DNA from: Hydrolagus affinis
Lineage: Eukaryota
DNA: 64,000 nt
Reading direction: 5' to 3'
Assembly: GCA_012026655.1 (NCBI GenBank)
Contig: JAAILG010000002.1
Location: 62,001 to 126,000, forward strand
Shown: one piece after another, positions 1 to 12,247 of the stretch
Layout of the letters: each line of letters opens with the position of its first letter
How positions within the stretch are numbered: position 1 is the stretch's first letter
Notes under the pieces: generated by a model
Told to the model about the DNA's origin: nothing
What the model saw: only the letters and a program-made list of their open reading frames with translations
Databases searched by the model: none
Program-made: the position numbers and the translations under genes

Positions 1-65
1 ATGGAGATGCATTTTGCTGTTACCAAAGAAACTGATGAAAGTCTGAAACTAATAGGTCTCTGCCA

Positions 66-362
66 GGTTCAACTGGTGGCAATCTCGTCTCTGAGTCAAA
101 ACGTTGTGAGTTCAGACCTCATGTTACGCCTTTGGGCTCATGGACCACACAGATCCAACACTCCAATCACAAAGCCAGGAGAACACTGTGCAGTATTGTG
201 GGAGACGCTGTTTGTTTTTCAGATGAAACGCTATACCACAGTATTTTTCTGCTTATTCAGATAGATGTTAAAGTACTATTCAAAAACAGAAGGGATCTTC
301 TCCCAATGTTCTGGCCAACAAGGCTCCAGATAAAATTAGTCATTCACCTAAATGTTGTTTTA
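66..362 (+). mobile_element. Old Deu-domain SINE (SacSINE1/AmnSINE1-like), head plus core
   Basis: Degenerate tRNA-like head (ggtggcaatctcgtctctgagtcaaaacgttgtgagttcag), then Deu-core-like ttcagatgaaacgctatacc...cagatagatgttaaag...gggatcttctcccaatgttctggccaaca. Matches the SacSINE1-type consensus as recalled, and other copies in the window. Confidence 0.7.
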
Positions 363-860
363 CAAATCTAATAATCCCAGCTAGTGTAGCGACTGTGACA
401 TAAGGAGGACTTCCTGGTAGGGCTTCAGAAGATTTATTATAAAGTGTAGTGATCGCATTTCTGTTGGCAAAAATGTGATCCACTGAAGGCCCCAGGGCAA
501 CACAGGGACATGATTTGCAGAAAGCAACCAAATCCGGCAAAGCAATTTTAGTCATTATTGGCGTCCCGTTTGTTAACAAACACAGAAACAAGGATTGCCA
601 AAACCTTTAACCTACAAAGACAAAGCCTCTTTAAATAAGAGTCTCAATTTCGACACGTTCTCAATTCCTAGATCAAATATTTGCTCAGGGAACGAAGGAA
701 ATATGGTGTCACGTAGAAGACACACACTGGGTCTAACTTTATCCGGTTCCACTTGGTCATTCGAATGAGAAATCTCTTTGTAGAAGCAGAGCAGCAAAGA
801 CTGTTCTTTCCTGTGATCAATCATTTAAACCCTTGTAAGTAAAAGGCAGAGCACACCAAA

Positions 861-1050
861 ATGATAATAATCCTTGCCTTCGATGTAGTGCTTTTCATGT
901 CTTCTAGACGTCTCTAAGCGCCTCACAGAATATGTCGTACAACAACAACTTTGATTTATATAGCGGCCTCCACGCCGGATGGCGTCTCAGAGCGCTTCAC
1001 AATAGCAGATCCCAGGAAGTGAATTGACTGTATATTTGTGGGCGAGACAG
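861..1050 (-). mobile_element. 3' part of tRNA-headed SINE, interrupted by a nested L2-type tail (about 939-1016)
   Basis: ataataatccttgc...cttctagacgtctc...cacagaatatg, resuming as aagtgaattgactgtatatttgtgggcg after the insert. Reverse complement of the window SINE tail. Confidence 0.85.
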
Positions 1051-1682
1051 TGGGCATTCTTGAGAAGTACAGAAAGTCTGGTGTGCAGAGGCAAATATAT
1101 AAAATGGAAAATGCCATTTGTCTGTTGCTTCCACAAGGCATTGAAAATCTTTCCTGTTGTGAACGTTCCCTATCTAGTAAATCTTCTGGGGCCACGCTCT
1201 GCATAAACACTTCCTAGTCAACGTCAGCAAGTAAAACGCTAGAACATTTTTCACTGAGGATTCCTGCGCAAACTAAATATGAGATCTTCCAGGTTTGTAA
1301 GCGAGTAGAAAAGCCCCTGGCTGTCCAGCGCCCTGGGACGTCTGTCTGACGTGAATAGAATAGCAATTTGTTGTGTCAACGTTTTGCATTGTGGTAAGAT
1401 GAAAAAAATGCATGAGAATATTATCCACTCAAGAAAAAAAAACTTGTATGCAAAATTAAACTGATATGGCAAAGGAAGACGAGAGAAGATTCCTTTCTAT
1501 GGGCTGAACACTTTTACTGATGTAGTAGAATAAGCTTCGACGTGCCATTAGATAAACCGTGAAGAGTTGGAGAGGAACAAGCTGTTTATGAAAATCACAA
1601 GTCAAAACAAAGACCTTCACTCACTCCTCAGTGCACACACACTTTCCAAGGCTGAACTTCAATTGAAAGCCGCATTAAAATG

Positions 1683-1864
1683 AAAACAATAATAAATTGA
1701 TTTCTTCAAACCACGACTGTTTGTGGGACACTGCTGTGCGCAATTGGTTGTCATGTTGCACCCACAAATATACAGTCAATTCATGTTACAGTGTATTCTG
1801 TGAAACGCTTTGAGATGTCTGTGAGACGTCATAAAGCGCCGTTTGAAACGCAAGGATTATTATT
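1683..1864 (+). mobile_element. 5'-truncated tRNA-headed SINE
   Basis: ccacgactgtttgtgggacactgctgtgcgcaattgg...gtgaaacgctttgagatgtc...caaggattattat, homologous to full-length copies. Confidence 0.9.
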
Positions 1865-1956
1865 TATATTTGCCCAACTGTGAAATCTCTATTTTAAGAA
1901 CAATTCTAATGCAATCATCTGTGAAGGTATAAAATGAAGTAAGCTCACTGCCCAAA

Positions 1957-2028
1957 CCCCTGCCTCCCCCTACCCCCCCCACCTCCCCCACCCTCCCCCC
2001 CCCACCCCCCCCCCCCACCCCCCACCCC
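1957..2028 (-). repeat. Poly-C/G low-complexity tract (G-quadruplex-capable on the minus strand)
   Basis: Many runs of 4 or more C separated by single A/T. Confidence 0.75.
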
Positions 2029-3812
2029 AACCAATGGGTGACTTCAGTGGTGACAAGGTTCAGTGGAAGTGTGTCTAACTGATCCACCGTGGTCATCAAA
2101 CTGACAACTTGCTTATTTAGAGTTCAGCTACGCTGGGTGCAGCTGTGGTGCAATGAAGCAAATCTCAACCACCTATCTCCCACTTTCCACAAGCGATTCT
2201 CACATTGATGTGGAAAGAGGAGAGAAATTGAACCGTATGCATGCCAGAAGGATTCACAATACCATGCTAAATCGAGTAAAGCATAGCCATCGCTTGCTTG
2301 ATCAAGTTATCTACGCTTTTCATGAATCAAATTAGAGCACAGATTTGTCCAATTCTTTTCAATCTGCCAGATTGTCACTTTGTTTGTATCCCTTTACCGT
2401 AGACAACCGTGGTGAGTATGCGCAGAGATTAAATGCACATCTGTCTACCACAGGCATTCTTTTTAAAAAAAATCAAATGCCAACAATGGCTTCCTAATCG
2501 CCTATGTTTAAAGTGTGAAAGCCCAAACAATGGGCCAGTTTATTTGGCCCAATTTCTGTCAACTGAAAAGGATCAGCGATTTCCAACCTCTGAAATAATG
2601 GTCTATCCCATTCAAGGACACTCGAAGGCAAACATTCTGTAGGGCAAGACGGGAATTAATTGAACATTTGAGCAACAGTCCCCAAAAATCTCCACGGGAA
2701 GAAAAATACAGTTTTGCTGTGCAATTTCTTCTCAGCTGTACTAGTTACAGACTTCTGTTTAAACACTTTATGCTATTTTAGCGCTATAGAACACAAGAAG
2801 GTCACAATACGGGTTAGTGTAATTCCTGCAAAGGGCTGTTTGATTTCCCTTGGACAGCATGATTTCTATTCAAGTTGCTTTCCCGCAATAGAGCCCACAT
2901 CAGGGAGATGAAACATACCAACAGAGTTCTCTTAGACATGTACAACTGAAAGAGGAATGATTAAATTTTCATGGGCCACCCATATAGAAGCTTGCTTCAG
3001 AGATCAGGCTACGCCCTTTCTGGTATAAGTTGCGGTAAGTTGCAAAACAAATAAGAAACGTGAATGCGGACACCAATTAAGCAGCAAAGGACGGGTTTGC
3101 TGCGGAGGTAAATTTGTGCTATTTCTGGATGGGTATTTCCTTCACACGGAAATCTAATTGCTTAAAGGGAGAGCCCGAAAAGAAATATCTGTTGCTGTGA
3201 TCGTTAGGAATTTGGTGTAGAAATGCAATCTAATCCCTGAGTGGAGTACTTGCAGATCGATGGGAATGCTAATGGATTAAGAGAACTAACTTTAAGATTT
3301 CCCGCCAATTAGAACCTCAACAGCACAAACATTGACACTAAATATCGTCGGCAAAGATTCATCTTCCTGAAATATCTTTTGGCATCACTTACCGCACAGT
3401 CTTATATCACTTCACACATCCAGAAATCTGACCCACATCATGAGATTCTTTCAATGCACATGCCAACTGATCCCATCAGCATGAAATAGTCAAACTTCTT
3501 GCAAATAATTTTTTTTAAAATCAGTGGTGGATTAGGTATCATCTTCCTTGTTATCTGGTTTTATATTCCTTCTTTTACCCCCCAAATTGAAATTAATTGA
3601 CTAATTATCTTGTTGCTGTCAGGAAGCCATTTCAGAGGAATGAATCCACCACGTGTGCCTTCTAAACAACAGTACTCACCTCATTTCTATTGAATCTTGT
3701 TCTGTATAAAGTTTCAAGGCATTTCTTTCGTGCGAAAGGTGTTGTATCGATGCGAACCATTGTCGGATAGCAAAGTCACAAGACTGTAGGAAATGCTCAT
3801 TCTAATAAAATA

Positions 3813-3950
3813 ACTGCTGTGCGCAACTGGCTGCCGCGTTTCACCCACAAAATACAGTCAATTGACACTTGATGGGATATTCTGTGAAGCGCTTTGAGAC
3901 ATCTCGAAGTAGTGATAAAGGGCTGTATCAAACGCAAGGGTTGTTATTAT
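3813..3950 (+). mobile_element. 5'-truncated tRNA-headed SINE (3' end only)
   Basis: ctgctgtgcgcaactggctgccgcgtttcacccac...gtgaagcgctttgagacatc...gcaagggttgttattat. Confidence 0.85.
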
Positions 3951-6900
3951 AAAATGAAAATATGACATGGTTCTCTTTGGACAAGCAGGCACCAACATTC
4001 GAGATCACAGAAGTACCAACAAGTACCAACTAGATTGTTCAAAAGCGCACTCTCAGCGCTCGCTAAAGCTGTATTTGCGGCATTAACTCATACTTACCTT
4101 CAAACGTGGCGAGATGGCATGACAACTCTGCTTTATGCTGCTAACTGTTATGCCACAACCACAAACCACCACTGCAGGCTTTTTCAGCTGTCAGTGCCCC
4201 ACAAGCAGCAAATGAAAGATGGCAGATTATCTGTGCAATAATTGAAAAAATGCAAAGGCAGACAACAGCCATTTTTAATTTTCGTTGGGATTAAGACTTT
4301 GGCAGATTGTAGGCTATACGGACACTTGTCAGTCAGAGCCAGGTCACAGATGTGGGCCCAACAACCTTGTTCAGCTTCTATATTACATTAGCTCCAGCTG
4401 CTTCTACTTCTCTCCACTTCGATTTACTGCACACTTTTCCCAAGTCATCTGGTTCGCATTTTAGCATTTGTGCGGTTTGAAAGAAAAAGGAGAAAGAAAT
4501 TCGAAACAATCCCAAAAATTCCTCCCTTTTGGCTACTTTCTGCAAATAGATCGGTTGCGGGGAAAGCTATCCGTGTGCGGTAATCGTACCATCCCGAGTT
4601 TGTGTTCAGCTTTCAAATTCACAGAGCAATCGGCCAAAATCAAAGCGAGAGAGCGTATCGATTCAGGTTCGCGACCACACAGTGATCGTGCAGTGCTGCA
4701 GCTGGGCTAGCAGACCACCTTGTGGATGTGGTTTCACCAGCGTATTGATTTTCTACCCTGCCTCCAGTACAAATAGTCTCGGCCTCCACTTACAATGGTC
4801 AATTAAACCTTCTTGGGATAGCCCCAATGTCAACTCTGGAAAACCTAAGACAAAACTTATCAAAACACGATCGTGTGTGATTCTGGCTACGTGATAATGT
4901 TTAACACTGTCTGGAAGTTGGAAGTAGAGCTGGCATTATCGACTTTGCTGCATGTGTGCTGAGCTTTCCGTGGCCCTGGTCATTCACAATTTGGGGAGCG
5001 TGAAGGGTAGAATCAGGCGCGTAAATACCCAAAGGTGTTCAGGAAGTAGACACAGAGGTCTGTAAACAACTGCATCGCAAGAGACATGTTTTTAACGGAA
5101 CAAAAATATTAACACTCGGTCCTGATTATGTAATACACCCCTTAATATATTGCCTTTAGTTTCTGCCAAGTTCTATTTTCTGGGTGATAAGATTTGTTCT
5201 TCGCAGTAAGGCACAACTTCGAATGCGCTTCAATTTAATACTACATTTAAAATTGATTTGCTTTATAACAAAGAGAAATGAACATTGAGCTGATATATCG
5301 ATGACATGAATGTACACAGTCGGTGAGCCATCCACAATGTTGACATCTATGTCACCAATATCCACAAGACATCTCGTCTCTGCTGCTGCTGCAATTTTTT
5401 TTCCTAATGTTTTGTGAACATCTTAGGCTCTATTGTCCTTTGTTTTCTAGCATTTAGCTACGATCCAGGAAGGTGTCTACCAAAACTTTAGTAATGTCAA
5501 CTTATGGCCAAATCGGCTACAGAAGGCAATTTTAAGTGCTGTAGCTCGTACCTCTGCACCACAAAGCCATCACCGTTTCTCTTGAACTACCCACAAAGAC
5601 GTATTATGCTGCAAACCACCAGAATGGACTTAAGTAAGTAAACTGCATTAAACCCATTCAAAACATTTTTTTTTAAAGTCGAGCTCCCTTAAGACAAAAA
5701 ATACAATTATTATTATGGAAACCAATCAAGGCACTGACCAGCTCCGTATAAAAGAGAAATTTGCACTTTAACTACAATACTGTACTTAGAAAAGGAATGT
5801 CTGCTTCCAGTGTGCTTATAGATGTTTTTTTTTACAAGATGTAGCTAATGCTACATTTATTTTCTGCAGTAAAAATAAGCATTATTACCCACAAGCACTG
5901 TTCTCTCAATAGCAAGTCGCTGCACATGCAAGGCAATGCAAATTGTTCAGACGTTTGAATGGAAAACTTGTCCCTTACTTTCTGAAATTGCTGTGCAGAT
6001 TGACATCTATCCAAACATTTGATTCCGATGGTAAAATGTCACCAGTCGTTGGAATAGCATTTAAGACACACATTTTGTTTCTATTGCTATCATTCAGAAG
6101 AAGTCGTCTTTCACCGCTGGCAGACTACAGTGAACCAGCTTTTCTGGAATTAATGTTACCTTACGAATCAAAGGTACCTGGAAACCATGTGTTTAAGCAC
6201 ACTTCAGTATTCACTGCAATTAGGAGCTACACAATAAATGCAGACATTTCATTATGGAAGGATGGTAACACATGGATAGGGTCATGAACAGGCAGCTCAC
6301 ATGGTAACCAGCACTGACACACGTTTTGTTTAACAAATTTCACGTTTGTTCCATATCTGCGAGTGTACAGTGATACAGGAGCGAGCATCAAATGACATTT
6401 CTGGCATCAGAATTCCCAATGTTGCTTTTTTATGCGCGGCAATTTGCCAGTGAGCGACTCGCAAGCCTTGCTTTGATACTCTGACGGACCAGCACCGTTG
6501 ATACAAACACATGTTCAAGTCCCAATTCACAGTGTGAGGCGAATACTATTTCAATGCATTTCAAATGCAACAACGCGCCCCAAACATGATCATTCACATG
6601 CCTGTTTGTTGGAAACCTGGTGAAAGCAAATTGGCTGCCGCATTCGCCTACACGTTAAACAGTGACTACGCTTCACAGCAAAATCCTGTGAAGCACTTTG
6701 AGACGTCCAACTGCAAGGATTTTATTTCTCAGGTTTTACAAAATAGGCTACAGGGAAAGGTGTCAAATGCTGAACAGTCACCGAATCAAGTTCATACAAT
6801 TTTAAAATCTATAATTGCAGCACACTGCAGCTACATAGCACATCTGCTCGAGTAAAAACAATGAACAATTTTTTTTCACAACAACATCAGCACAGCTGAA

Positions 6901-8811
6901 GGTTTTCATTTTTAGTGTTTCAAAAGGAAAAGAGAAGTCTTCTCAAATATCACCCGGGGACGAGTGTAAGGGAATGCCTGGCAGTTCATTACTGCAAACG
7001 TTTGATGTGCAATTCAACTACAACCCAGAGCAGATGTTCGCCTTCCTCTGGTTTACCTAGTCAGCCTGTTTAACTCCCAGCACAGCACAAAATACCTTGC
7101 CCTCATCAAGCAAACTCGCTGCTTGGGAAGTGGGGAGAGAAAGAGTCCGGCCCCACCAGGCGTCTCATTAAAATGGTTATTCTGCAGCAATGGTCACTCA
7201 TTGCCTCACTCCCCTTGAACCAGCGTGTCTAAGGGCATCAGAAACAGCTTGCAAACACTCTCAAACGCTCTGATAACCCTACGTCGATCCACTCCCCACC
7301 TTCCACCGCATCCCCCCAAAAAACATATTACCGGAAAATTGTTAAAAGAGTTAACTCGACTGTGCTTTGCAGAGGAAACAGGGCCAAAGCATAACCAATT
7401 CGGAGCAAGAAAAATCAGACGGGAGGCACATAACTGAAGCATATCATTTCCACTGACATCCATCGGGTGCATGTCCTGATCCAGGCAAAAAAGAAAAGGT
7501 ACATTAGTTGTTCAGTCAAAAACCAGAATGCTGCTGCTCCTGTTTAGATACCTGGAAAGGTTTTAATATCAAAGCTTGAAATTCCAAGAATGTCAATGCT
7601 TTCCCAGCCCATTAATAACTTCTTGAACATCCAGTCGTCGGTTGGCAATGCACGCAGCCAATTGGTTATCAAATTTAAATATGCTCAGGTTTTTCTGCTC
7701 ATTAATGTGAGCTTGCCAGAGCAACACAGTTGGACGTCTTGGCACTTTCGGCCCTCCTGGGGCAGCATAAGGCACTCCCCCTCCGAACACAGCGAAGCCC
7801 ACAAGAAAAAATAAAAGTTTTTCCTACAGTCTCCTGTCCATGTTCCTCAATCCCATCTTCAGTGGGATGTATCGTACTGCGTCAATATTTCCTCGTTCCA
7901 TTTGTGTGCCCTTTCTTCCAGGAAGCACGGAGAAGACTTTTATCCCATTATCTTCTGTTTGAAGTTCAATCCAAGATTCCCAGGGGGTTCAAAAGCCATC
8001 TTGTGAACTCACTGTCACCCATGACTGCATTATCTTTATGTAAGGTGTAGAAAACGCACTAATACGCAGTTTAAGGAATCTAGAACTCATTTGATGGCAA
8101 TTTTTTCCCATTAAATACCCCGGGGTTCTGATAGCGCATATTATTATATATGGCAATATCTGGATAGTAGCACGCAGAAATACTGTATTCTTTGATCACT
8201 GAAGTAATCCAGTTACAATGAAGAGAAAGAGAATCAAAAACATGGGAGGAAAATTTTTTTAATCCAGCATTGTTTATTTAAAGGCATCTCTCGTCCCATC
8301 AATGTGTTCCATAAGTGGATATCAGAGTTGACAGAATTTGAAAGTGGAGTTTCACACAGTATCCATTCCACTGACAATCTTCCAGGCAAACTGGATCAAG
8401 TATTTGATGACATTTAATGTCATAAGATGCTGTAGTAATGCAATGTCTTTTCTGTTGCTCCACACTTCAATTTTCCCTCAACGTGTACCAATCAGGAGTA
8501 TCAACCGATACACTACCACACTCTTATTTATAACATCCTGTAATGCTATACGTGCCCAGGCAACATGCTGTGCAATTTTTCTTCCACTCAGTCTCACATT
8601 GCTTGCACACTAATAAAGTTCCACATCGGTGAAGAAATGTGCTTCTGAAACAGCAGGAATATGTTGGACTATCACAAGTCTAGAGTTTGCTTAAGAACCA
8701 ACAGATGTAGGCATCAGTTTAAAAAATTACTAAAATGATTTGGATTTTCAACCAGGCCTACCTTTTCTCTCTAGCTGACGTCAAGAGCTCCAAAACCCTA
8801 ACCTACTACAG

Positions 8812-9070
8812 TATATTACATTTATATAACTCCTTTCACATCGGGAGGACGTCTGTAGGTGTTGGATGGTCAGGAACCAAGCTGGAGGGGATCGGGAAGA
8901 GTGGAAGGCATAGAGAGGGTAGGAGGATTGTCGATGGCCTGGTCAAAGAAGAGGGCTTTCTACACCTACATGAACACCTACTTTTATACATCTATATGAG
9001 CCATGCTATATGGGACGTCCTCCCGATGTGAAAGGTGCTTTACTTTATAAGTGCAATTTTGTTGTTGTTG
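8812..9070. mobile_element. Two L2 LINE 3' ends in inverted (head-to-head) orientation
   Basis: CCTTTCACATCGGGAGGACGTC (8832-8853) is the exact reverse complement of GACGTCCTCCCGATGTGAAAGG (9014-9035). The same motif ends the L2 fragments at 27.9 kb and 54.1 kb. Confidence 0.75.
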
Positions 9071-10092
9071 TGCTTGTGTAATCTGACTGCAATAAAGTGA
9101 AGGAGAATGAAAGATGAGGGGGGTGGGGTGGGGGTGAGGTAAATGGGAAAAGAGATGGCTTTAATTGAATCATGTAATGCTGGATTAAAAACTACCTCAG
9201 GGAACCAAACTCTTTCCAAGGCATCCGCAAACATCACAAAGGCTTCCATTATATATCTTGTCAGTCACACTCATCAGCAGATAAGTGGAACCTACAGCAA
9301 TCTAAAGGTGTTATGCAGCTTCCACAAAGCTTGATCTTAACTATTTGACAACTGTGGTATAGGTTAATAATGCAAACTGACGAGGCATTCACAAATAATA
9401 AAAATCAATTCAATTATCCATATAATTGTACGATCTGTAAAACAAAGACAATCTTCATTTATGGAAATAATCAACTTGGCTACAAAAAGCACATCTCAGA
9501 AGGCTTACATAAGTTATGCAACAAAGCTTTCTAAATGTCTTATTAATTGTAATAAGCCTTGCATTTGATGTAGCATCTGATCAGCTCAAAATAACTCAAA
9601 GCATTTCATTGTAATTCCTGTTAAGTGTAGTGACTCCTTTTGCAGGCTTGCTAATATATTGTTATTAATTCAAATCTAATAGCTCAAAGCTTTTTTTTAA
9701 AAAAAAAGCACTTCTGAACTCTACAAATTCTGTCCTTGAAAAGTGAACACCAATTTTTTCGAAAAGAACGGAAACTAGGAAGTATAATGTGACAGTTTAA
9801 CTAGTCTATTAGATTAAAATATTCTTGAAACATTTTTAAAAATCTATTTATTCCACCAAGGTTAATAGCAATGTGGTAAAACAGTGGGAAGATATTATTT
9901 AAGAAGAGAGCGCAAGCATTGTTGTGGATTCAGCAAGTTAAAATACCAACAATTTTCATTTGAAGTAGCGTCTCAATGCTTAAATATATATATCTCTATC
10001 CAGAACATCTACCAGACATCACACATTGGTTAAGACACAATTTGCTCTTAACACCAAGACTCATGAACTCCAAGTGAGTGGCTGACAATAAC

Positions 10093-10387
10093 AGAGCGTA
10101 GGTTAACAGCGATGGACAACAAGATGGCATGGTGGAGTTATTTATTAGTGACTGACGGTTTTGAGTGAAAGCAAAGTGATTATGAACAAAGCGAATCAAA
10201 TACTGCATGACATTTTGTAGGTTTGACCACAGCAGGTTTAATCAAAAACTGTGGTCAAACTACAAAATGTCATGCAGTATTTGATTCGCTTTGTTCATAA
10301 TCACTTTGCTTTGACTCAAAACCATCAGTCACTAATAAATAACCCCACCATGCCATCTTGTTGTCCATCACTGTTAACCTACGCTCT
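10093..10387. repeat. Long near-perfect inverted repeat (arms 10093-10232 and 10249-10387, 16-nt spacer)
   Basis: Manual alignment of the arms shows 4 substitutions and 1 indel over about 140 bp. The ORF track gives a near-identical peptide (MQYLIRFVHNHFA...) on both strands. Confidence 0.95.
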
Positions 10388-10479
10388 TTCTTTGACACAC
10401 GCTTACACTCGCATATGTATGCATTTTTCTACATTTATATGCATTTACCAATAATCGATCCATCCACTGATTAGGCCAG

Positions 10480-10870
10480 ATTTTCCTGAAGGGTATTTAT
10501 CTGCTGGATATTACTCACTTGGCCACAAAACGTTGCGTCAACAGAAATGTGTGTCATCTTACAAGACGCTCTCGCCTCCAGGTCACTTGTGAATCATATT
10601 TTGGAAATCAAGGAACCCAACCTCTTGAAATCGCTTTCTATCACTCCTTCCCAGCCTTGGCAGTTACCATTTATCACCACCATCTGCTGTTCGGCCTCAA
10701 TGTGACTATTAAATATACCATTAATTCCATGTGCTTCAACCTTTTGAAGTAACACATTTGAAGCTTGATCAAATACCTTCTGAAAATCAATATAAATCAT
10801 ATCCGTTGGATAACTGGTTCAGTTATTTTCTCAAAGAATTCCCTTTGATTTGAGAGAGCCGTGACCTTTC
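10480..10870 (-). mobile_element. Degenerate CR1-type LINE reverse-transcriptase fragment
   Basis: ORF 10594-10800 'IYIDFQKVFD...LLQKVEAHGING...QQMVVING...W' resembles the CR1 RT motif (Y-x-DF-x-KAFD...LL-x-K...HGI-x-G...Q-x-VVING). Decayed; outer boundaries approximate. Confidence 0.8.
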
Positions 10871-11277
10871 GCTTCTAGATCCATCCTGCCTATATCTCGT
10901 TACATTTCTGCTCTTTATATTTTCAGTAGTAGATTTGCGTTGAATACTCATAAAAATTGTCGTCACTTCATATACTGAACTATAAATGCCAGGCTCATAT
11001 TTCACTTTTGTAAAATAACCGAATGATTAGTCTCCAGACCTCTTGCCACAGCACCGTAGATTATTATTTTAAAAATTCCTTATTTCTCACCGATTCCCTC
11101 TCAATTTTTCCTTAGGATCCTGGCACACGTCACACCTGTAGCAGTTTGTGGATATCCAATCCGCAGAGCCAGAATTCACGGATTGTGGAATATGACCATC
11201 TTCCTTTGCAAAATTTGATGTAAAAAAAAAATGCCACATGTGTAATGTATCCCGATCAGTCATATCACCGATTTACT

Positions 11278-11589
11278 GGAATCCTGCAGTTTAGTGGTTA
11301 GAGCACTCGCCTTACAAGCGATAGATCTAGGTTCAATTCCAGGCAAGGTGAAACCTTGGGTAAGTTTCCTATTACACGCCTAATAATAAACCCTGAAATA
11401 AAACACGATAATAAATTGGTAATTTCAATCCACGACCGTGTGTGGGGTACACTGCTGTGTGCAATTGGCTGCCGCGTTTTGCCCACCTAAATCCAATCAA
11501 TTCACTTGACAGTATATTTTGTGAAGCGTTTTGAGACATCTAGAAAACGTGAAAAGCATTATATCAAAGGCAAGGATTATTATTATAAT
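11278..11589 (+). mobile_element. Full-length tRNA-derived SINE with L2-type tail
   Basis: A-box-like tttagtggttagagc, anticodon-like ctcgc-cttacaa-gcga, B-box ggttcaattcc, family body and (ATT)n tail. Confidence 0.9.
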
Positions 11590-12149
11590 TTAAGGACTTT
11601 ATTTGATCTTCAACACGCCGCCTACTGCTCAGATAGCTAACAATATTTAAATAGACTCTGTTTGTTACAATTTGCTCAAAGCAATCAACTTTTCTATTGC
11701 CCTCTTATTTCCTCTAAAGCTTCTTTTAGTTAACCTCTCCTGTGTTCTTACACGATTCTCAATCTTTACTACTTATTGTTTCCTTGTATCTTTTAAAATA
11801 TTCATGGGGCAGGATGAGAAACCTTGAATGTAAAGTCACGGCACACATAACTATGCGCAAATGGATCCAACTACTATGTTGCGCAATAAAGAATAAAAAC
11901 TAGATCCAACAACATGGCAATGTAGCAACAGCTACAACAATAATAATAACAACAGCTCACCAATAGCAACTTATACCAAAGCAAAGCCGAAAGAAACAGG
12001 TCTCAGAATATGTAATAATGGGCTCTGAAAAACACGTGATAAGGTGCAATATCAAATCCAAGGATTTTTGTTACTAGAGTGCATTATTACAGAGTCCAAC
12101 TGTACCCCAAGCAATACAGAGTTGATGTGCTCAGGGACGTTCCATCATC

Positions 12150-12247
12150 CTCAGCTTCCCTCACCTCCAGCTTGGGCTCTGTGAAACACTTTGGGGCGTC
12201 CCCCCCAACGTGAAAGGTTCTATTTAAACGCAGGATGGTTGTTGGTA
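12150..12247 (+). mobile_element. Short L2-type 3' tail
   Basis: gtgaaacactttggggcgtcccccccaacgtgaaaggttctatttaaacgcagg-(TTG)-like end. Confidence 0.6.

Noticed and set aside
4099-4230. Minus-strand exon candidate (ttgcacAG acceptor ... GAAG|GTAAGT donor)
   Set aside because: All three frames contain stops. It could only be a non-coding exon, and nothing else supports it.
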